Shown here: piece by piece, positions 55,381 through 60,545 of the stretch
Numbering within the stretch: the first letter of the stretch is position 1
Layout of the letters: every line of letters starts with the position of its first letter
DNA from: an uncultured virus (IMG/VR IMGVR_UViG_3300024306_000016)
Lineage: Duplodnaviria > Heunggongvirae > Uroviricota > Caudoviricetes
IMG/VR virus record: IMGVR_UViG_3300024306_000016
DNA: 60,545 nucleotides
Direction: 5' to 3' (one strand)
Made by a program: the position numbers and the translations under genes
Notes under the pieces: generated by a model
What the model was told of the DNA's origin: nothing
What the model saw: the letters and a program-made list of their open reading frames with translations, nothing else
The model's database searches: none

Positions 55381-56175
55381 TCACTTTTTGTACTTATTAA
55401 GTATTTTTTTCGATCTGCTCAATCTTGATCCTAGAGAATCGTGATTTAAGATCACACAACTAGCAGCATAGTTAAACTCTCTATCTTTGAGCTGGTCTTG
55501 TTCTGTGGCATTATCTATAATGACATCATAAAAACCAGGACTTAACGCATCTTTAAGAACTGGAACTAGTTGGCATAACGGTGTTCCTGCCTTGACTAGT
55601 GTGCGTCCTTCTTTGACATTCCAAAATAGTTGCACATTTACTGTGTATCCGTACTCTGGATCTAGCACACCAATAGCTGCTGTGAAACGGCTTTCTTTGT
55701 TATAGGTAACAGGAAGTTGGAGTAGTACATAATCATCGCTCATATCAACACGCCAAGGTGTTTCGAGCTTTACTACGGTCCTGACAGTTTTTTCAGGATC
55801 ATCGACTAACGGATCAGTTTGATGCCAACTGTGTAATACTACATAAGAAGATTCATTGATATCAGAAGATCTTTTAAAACGATAAGGTTCCAGCCACTGG
55901 ATCGTTGTTCCGTCACCATTAGTATCTATGATAAAATCAGCAGGCGCAGGCACGATCCATCCAGAACCCACTATTTTATTGATAGCAGGACAGTTTTTGC
56001 TAGGAGGAACACCTTCGTAGGTCTGAGAACTTCTATACGGTCTTTCTACTGTAGATGATCTAACTATAGGAAATAAATCTACCACACCCGGAGTTAAAGA
56101 ATAAAACCTTATGTATGGTTTTGTTTTTTTATTTTTTCCTAACCAGCCAAACAGTTTCTTACAGAGCGTAGTCAT
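55381..56175 (-). CDS. hypothetical protein, paralogue of 40718-41548
   Basis: IRFYSL, CPAIN..GW..APADF, KLETPWRV, FTAAIGVLDP, VKAGTPLCQLVP. Start estimated at 56175. Confidence 0.65.
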   Translation of the reverse strand: MTTLCKKLFGWLGKNKKTKPYIRFYSLTPGVVDLFPIVRSSTVERPYRSSQTYEGVPPSKNCPAINKIVGSGWIVPAPADFIIDTNGDGTTIQWLEPYRFKRSSDINESSYVVLHSWHQTDPLVDDPEKTVRTVVKLETPWRVDMSDDYVLLQLPVTYNKESRFTAAIGVLDPEYGYTVNVQLFWNVKEGRTLVKAGTPLCQLVPVLKDALSPGFYDVIIDNATEQDQLKDREFNYAASCVILNHDSLGSRLSRSKKILNKYKK

Positions 56176-57775
56176 CTTTTCCGCCATAGATTTCATGTAA
56201 CAAGAACTGATAGTGCGTTGGACATTTCTTGACATAATCAATGACAAAATCTCTATATTCTTCGTACCTTCTCTTGGTATATCCGATTTCTTCCATCTTA
56301 GATACTTGGTTTACTCTGCCGGTTACATAAACAAGTTCTTTAGTTGATGTTGATTTGACTCCCATGCCAGCAGCAATAAACATATTACCAACATAGTCGC
56401 TAGGATATGCATTGCCCATGGCAATATTGCCCATTAGATTTGGATACTGGGCTTGCTGTAACATAAACTCTCCCATTCCTTCTGGGCAATATTCGTTTAT
56501 CTGTGTACACCATCTCCAATATGGGGTGTCTGTTCTCTTAGATAGAGCATAATGTTGTGAAACAAAGTCACGGAATCTTAAAACATCATGTTGTACAGCA
56601 AAGTTAAATCCTTCACGTTCGGATCTAGTTACATATCCTTCTCTTCGATTTAGTGCTTCGATTAGTTTAATGATGTTTTCATGTGTAGTCAAAAGTCCTG
56701 TTGACTCTAATGGTTCAACAAATCCATAGCTAAGACCAACGCCCACAACATTACCTACCCATGCTCGGCGTCTATATCCATGCTTAATATTAACTAGGAA
56801 CATGTCGGCTCGATCAGCACGTTCTTTAGAACCTGTAGTAGCTAAGTGTCTGCGAAACTCTCTTTTAGCATCTTCGTCCGAAATAAATCTCGAACTAAAA
56901 ACATATCCAGTACCTATACGATTCCATAACGGAATATTCCATACCCATCCGTTATCAAGAGCATGACAGTCTGTGACATTGTGCATTTCTCGCTCTCTAT
57001 CTTCATAAGGAATGCGACATGCCCATGCTCTGTCGTTAGCTAGATATTTTTCAAAACTAATAAACTGAGAACCCATCCAGTTTTCTAGAAGTATGCTTCT
57101 AAAACCAGTACAATCAATCCAAAGGTCAGCTGTTAGTGTAGTCGTGTAATCAGCCAACAAGATCTGTGTGATATTGCCAAGATGATCTTTTTGGTGGGAG
57201 TGTACATCGCCGATCATATGCTTCACACCGTTAGGCAATGCTATTTTTTCTTTTAGATACTGACCAAATAACTGTGCATCAAGATGATAAGCAGTATCCC
57301 ACTTGAACTCATAGTTTCGTAAAACTCTAGCTTCGTCTCTAGTTTGACGATTGTACTTGGCGAGGAAAGTATTGCCAGTCGCATACATTTGAGCAAACTG
57401 TTCGGGACCATATTCATCTGGATATAGTGTTGCTAGTTCTGACCATGCATTTGACCCACTAGGTTTATCGGTGAAATCTAGTCCTGCACTAAAGGGATAT
57501 TCAAAATACGAACCATCTTTTTCTCTAAAGTTAGTAAAACGAATAGAGTTCTTATAGGTAGCATTACAAGCTGCCATCCAATCTTCGTCTTTTAGTTCTA
57601 GAATATTTAAAAATCTATTAATATGGCCTAAAGTGCTTTCTCCTACACCGACTGTTCCTACTTTTTCAGATTCTATTAATGTGATATCTAGGTGTGGACA
57701 TAGTTTAGATAATGCCGCAGCGGTCATCCACCCAGATGAACCTCCACCAACTATAACGACTTTTTTAATATTCAT
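56159..57775 (-). CDS. flavin-dependent tryptophan-halogenase-like protein
   Basis: VGGGSSGWM, VGVGEST, ATYKNSIRF, AYHLDA, DCTGF, GWVWNIP, R.GTGYV, FVEPLESTG. Confidence 0.92.
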   Translation of the reverse strand: MNIKKVVIVGGGSSGWMTAAALSKLCPHLDITLIESEKVGTVGVGESTLGHINRFLNILELKDEDWMAACNATYKNSIRFTNFREKDGSYFEYPFSAGLDFTDKPSGSNAWSELATLYPDEYGPEQFAQMYATGNTFLAKYNRQTRDEARVLRNYEFKWDTAYHLDAQLFGQYLKEKIALPNGVKHMIGDVHSHQKDHLGNITQILLADYTTTLTADLWIDCTGFRSILLENWMGSQFISFEKYLANDRAWACRIPYEDREREMHNVTDCHALDNGWVWNIPLWNRIGTGYVFSSRFISDEDAKREFRRHLATTGSKERADRADMFLVNIKHGYRRRAWVGNVVGVGLSYGFVEPLESTGLLTTHENIIKLIEALNRREGYVTRSEREGFNFAVQHDVLRFRDFVSQHYALSKRTDTPYWRWCTQINEYCPEGMGEFMLQQAQYPNLMGNIAMGNAYPSDYVGNMFIAAGMGVKSTSTKELVYVTGRVNQVSKMEEIGYTKRRYEEYRDFVIDYVKKCPTHYQFLLHEIYGGKDDYAL

Positions 57776-57832
57776 GAGAAAACCCTTTGTTTAACGTCAA
57801 CTATTTATGGTCATTGTTTTAAGTGATCATAG

Positions 57833-57861
57833 AAAAAGGGCGAGTACGATTCGCCCTTTTT
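57833..57861. terminator. rho-independent terminator, potentially bidirectional
   Basis: AAAAAGGGCGA...TCGCCCTTTTT. Confidence 0.75.
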
Positions 57862-57875
57862 AATCGTGTCTAATA

Positions 57876-58538
57876 TTAGACTTTTGGTAGTGGATTCTCG
57901 TCTGGTCCGTACCATGTAATGGTGCCGTTAGCTGCGGTTTCGCTGACGATGCCATAATAACTGGCAATGTGCAGCTTCTCACCAGTTGCAGAATATAACC
58001 ACCCATTGTCATTCATTTTTGCGCCTGCTGGAATAGGCATTTTTTCGCCTTCATAGCCCTTCCAACCGGGATAACGCTTCCATGATTGTATATCTGGTGT
58101 ACAAGCAGTGCTAGGAAGATCTGGTGATGGTTCTTGGTTTTGCATAGCAGCAGCCATTTCTTCAAGACTTCCGTAACTTGGCTGTGGCACTGGCTTAGGA
58201 ATCAACGATTTAACTAATAGCTGATGTTTATACCAATCGCTGTTAGTATCTAAAACTCCGTGTTCTTTGATAGCATCAAAGATTAGACCTAGCTGGGCGC
58301 CGATCTCGCCGTAGGCTACTCTACGTGCAACGCCGTTGTCTGTATGAGGGCCATCTCTTTCAACCCAAACCATGATTTGTTGACTAGGACTCCATTCTAG
58401 TGTCCAGTCCATTTGGATATTGTCCGGAGCATCTACCCACATGATCGTTGCGTCTGGGCCTTCGTATAAAGGACCTTCCTCGCCCGGATCAACGATTTTG
58501 CTGACATATCCTTGATATGATACAAGTGCTTTCTTCAT
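57876..58538 (-). CDS. hypothetical protein, possible fibre-assembly chaperone
   Basis: Follows the Gly-rich fibre genes. RRVAYGEIGAQLGLIF..W......VKS.IPKP resembles phage fibre-chaperone C-termini. TATAAATA-N5-ATG upstream. Confidence 0.55.
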   Translation of the reverse strand: MKKALVSYQGYVSKIVDPGEEGPLYEGPDATIMWVDAPDNIQMDWTLEWSPSQQIMVWVERDGPHTDNGVARRVAYGEIGAQLGLIFDAIKEHGVLDTNSDWYKHQLLVKSLIPKPVPQPSYGSLEEMAAAMQNQEPSPDLPSTACTPDIQSWKRYPGWKGYEGEKMPIPAGAKMNDNGWLYSATGEKLHIASYYGIVSETAANGTITWYGPDENPLPKV

Positions 58539-58558
58539 AGTGTTATTTATACTCCTGA

Positions 58559-59419
58559 TTATCTATATTCTTCAACTACAACAATACCTGGACGACCGTC
58601 ACTACCGCGGTGTCCGTGGAAATAACCACCAGTTCCGCCTGTTCCTGGGGCTGCATGAGTTTGGTGATTGTGACTAAAATGCCCACCTTGTGGGTGTCCA
58701 CTAGGAGCAGGGCCACCGAAGTGACTTGTTCCGCCTGGACCAAAACTATGATGGTGTGCGCCACCGCCACCTTGGTGTATGTTTAAGTCTCCACCTGATC
58801 CGTTGCCACTAACACCACCGCTGTGGTTGTTTTGACGACAAGCACCGTGCCCGCCGCCTGCCGACACATAAGGACCAAAACCAGCATAATCTCCATTACC
58901 ACCTGCATTGTTGTAGTATGTGCCACCGCCGCCGCCGCCGACATAAACTGACACGGAGTTAATATTGTTGACTGCTACTTCAAGTACACGTTCGGCATAA
59001 CCGCCCGCAGCACCCGACTCACCATGTCCGCCACCGCCACCACCTGCGCCTTGGCATTTAATACGAATGTATCTTACGCCAGCAGGTCTGTTCCATGTAC
59101 CACCTGATGTAAATACCGAAATACTGTTTGGGCCAACTGTAGCATATTCATAGCCGTTTGCTGCTGAGTTTGTTCTTAAAACTGTATTTGCGCTGCCGAC
59201 GCTGGTTATTGCTGTACCGCCTTTACCCACAGGCATTGTTCCTGTGACTATACCACTGCCTAAGTCTACTGAGCTATTAGCTAGCTGAGAAGCAGTGATA
59301 TTTGAGTCTGCAAGATCTGATGTAGGAATGGTCCTAGACGCAATACTAGCTGTCTGGATCGTTCCGTCTATGATCGCAGAACTGTTAATCTGTTTGAGTG
59401 TTTGATAATCAAATGGCAT
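58559..59419 (-). CDS. Gly/His-rich fibre-tip/adhesin-like protein, paralogue A
   Basis: N-terminal I....(L/I)A shaft repeats; FTSGGTW.RPAGV.YI.I..QGAGGGG Gly-rich domain ending G..GIVVVEEY. Confidence 0.75.
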   Translation of the reverse strand: MPFDYQTLKQINSSAIIDGTIQTASIASRTIPTSDLADSNITASQLANSSVDLGSGIVTGTMPVGKGGTAITSVGSANTVLRTNSAANGYEYATVGPNSISVFTSGGTWNRPAGVRYIRIKCQGAGGGGGGHGESGAAGGYAERVLEVAVNNINSVSVYVGGGGGGTYYNNAGGNGDYAGFGPYVSAGGGHGACRQNNHSGGVSGNGSGGDLNIHQGGGGAHHHSFGPGGTSHFGGPAPSGHPQGGHFSHNHQTHAAPGTGGTGGYFHGHRGSDGRPGIVVVEEYR

Positions 59420-59431
59420 TTTCTCTTCCCA

Positions 59432-60289
59432 TTAATAAAACTCTGTTATAACTACAAGTCCGGGACGTCCATCTGAACCTCTGTGTCCACTAAAGTATCC
59501 TGCTGTGCCACCTGTGCCCGGTGCTGCGTGACCTTGATGGATATGGCTAAAGTGTCCTCCTTGCGGGTGTCCTGCAGGTGCTGGGCCTCCCCAGAAACTT
59601 GAACCTCCCATGCCCGACGAACGCTGTTCGTGGCCGCCACCAGATCCTGTATGGATGTTAAAATTACCGCCAGATCCTACTCCGCTTACACCGCCATTAT
59701 GGTTATTTTGGCGGCATGCTCCGTGGCCGCCGCTCGCCGATACATAAGGACCAAAACCTGCGTAGTCTCCATTACCGCCTGCATTGTTGTAATATGTACC
59801 ACCGCCACCACCGCCAACATAAACTGAGACAGAAGGGACTCCAACCATGCTGACAATTCTTTCAGCATATCCTCCTGCTGCACCGGATTCACCGTGACCA
59901 CCAGCGCCGCCGCCGGCTCCTTGAACCTGTACCCAAACATATCTTACGCCAGCTGCTGGAGTATATGTTCCTGATCCAGTGAATACAACCATTCTATAGA
60001 TACCATGGTTTGCCCATGTCAATGCGTTTGTGCTGCTGTTGGTTGTAAGAATTTGATATGCGCCACCGACACCACTCAAACCTGTACCGCCCCTAGTATA
60101 GGGAGTAACACCTGTAACTGTGCCGCTGGCGAGATCTACTGAGCTTGTTCCTAGTTCGTTAGCTGTTAATGATCCTGTTTGATATTTTGAAGTTGTAATC
60201 TGTGAAGCACCGATATCGCTACCAGTAATAGCTCCGCTTTGAAACGCTGCATTACTAATATTTTTCAGTGTCTGATAATCAAATGGCAT
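59432..60289 (-). CDS. Gly/His-rich fibre-tip/adhesin-like protein, paralogue B
   Basis: Same MPFDYQTLK start and the same Gly-rich domain as paralogue A. Confidence 0.75.
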   Translation of the reverse strand: MPFDYQTLKNISNAAFQSGAITGSDIGASQITTSKYQTGSLTANELGTSSVDLASGTVTGVTPYTRGGTGLSGVGGAYQILTTNSSTNALTWANHGIYRMVVFTGSGTYTPAAGVRYVWVQVQGAGGGAGGHGESGAAGGYAERIVSMVGVPSVSVYVGGGGGGTYYNNAGGNGDYAGFGPYVSASGGHGACRQNNHNGGVSGVGSGGNFNIHTGSGGGHEQRSSGMGGSSFWGGPAPAGHPQGGHFSHIHQGHAAPGTGGTAGYFSGHRGSDGRPGLVVITEFY

Positions 60290-60303
60290 TTTCTACTCTC
60301 TTA

Positions 60304-60545
60304 TTAATAATACATTGTGACTAAAACCAATCCCGGTCTTCCGTCTGAACCTCTATGTCCGTGGAAGTGTGCGCCTGCGCCGCCTGTGCCTGGTGCTGAG
60401 TGACCTTGGTGGACATGCGCAAAGTGGCCGCCCTGTGGGTGACTACTTGGGGCACCGCCTCCAAAATAAGTATCAGCACAACTTTGTGCCGAGTAAGCGT
60501 GATGGCTTAGGCCACCACCTTGGTAAATGTTTAAACTTCCACCCG
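60304..60545 (-). CDS. Gly/His-rich fibre-tip/adhesin-like protein, paralogue C (3' part only)
   Basis: Not in the ORF track. Reads GGSLNIYQGGGLSHHAYSAQSCADTYFGGGAPSSHPQGGHFAHVHQGHSAPGTGGAGAHFHGHRGSDGRPGLVLVTMYY*. Confidence 0.8.
   Translation of the reverse strand, partial: GGSLNIYQGGGLSHHAYSAQSCADTYFGGGAPSSHPQGGHFAHVHQGHSAPGTGGAGAHFHGHRGSDGRPGLVLVTMYY

Noticed and set aside
40718..57775. Island as a bacterial secondary-metabolite cluster or DNA-hypermodification locus
   Set aside because: There is no NRPS/PKS, transporter or regulator, and no TET/JBP-like gene with associated nucleotide-pathway genes. It carries phage late-type motifs and sits among virion genes. This is disfavoured but not formally excluded.
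58559..60545. Gly-rich paralogues as DGR targets or a shufflon
   Set aside because: Differences look mostly synonymous and affect all bases. Each copy is an intact ORF, and no RT, invertase or crossover repeats are seen.
1..60545. Stop-codon reassignment as seen in some large phages
   Set aside because: Core genes are full length and tile tightly under code 11. TAG stops look rare, but no gene needs read-through.
1..60545. tRNA, rRNA or CRISPR arrays
   Set aside because: Intergenic gaps are short and none showed a cloverleaf or repeat-spacer pattern by eye. tRNAscan/Infernal were not run.

Overview
This window is a densely coding segment of a large T4-like (Tevenvirinae/Kyanoviridae-style) myovirus genome, read in standard code 11 and mostly on the minus strand. 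From left to right it holds: (i) replication and recombination genes (a gp62-like clamp-loader subunit, UvsW, UvsY, UvsX, gp32); (ii) a 10-gene glycan-biosynthesis island (seven glycosyltransferase-like genes, a cytidylyltransferase-cupin fusion, an FkbM methyltransferase and an epimerase); (iii) a cassette of three small secreted proteins, two preceded by a shared ECF-sigma-like promoter; (iv) packaging, head, neck and tail genes (terminase subunits, gp4, tube, sheath, gp13/14/15, dNMP kinase); (v) a 2122-aa fibre/baseplate protein. The most striking part is (vi), a ~17 kb tailoring-enzyme island with 14 Fe(II)/2OG-oxygenase-fold genes, four flavin-dependent tryptophan-halogenase-like genes and two paralogous accessory genes. 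It lies between fibre genes and a tandem set of at least three His/Gly-rich adhesin-like paralogues, suggesting post-translational modification of virion fibres. Many genes have a TAAATA late-promoter-like motif only 4-7 nt upstream of the start codon, implying leaderless late mRNAs. All calls come from motif recognition by eye; no database searches were run.
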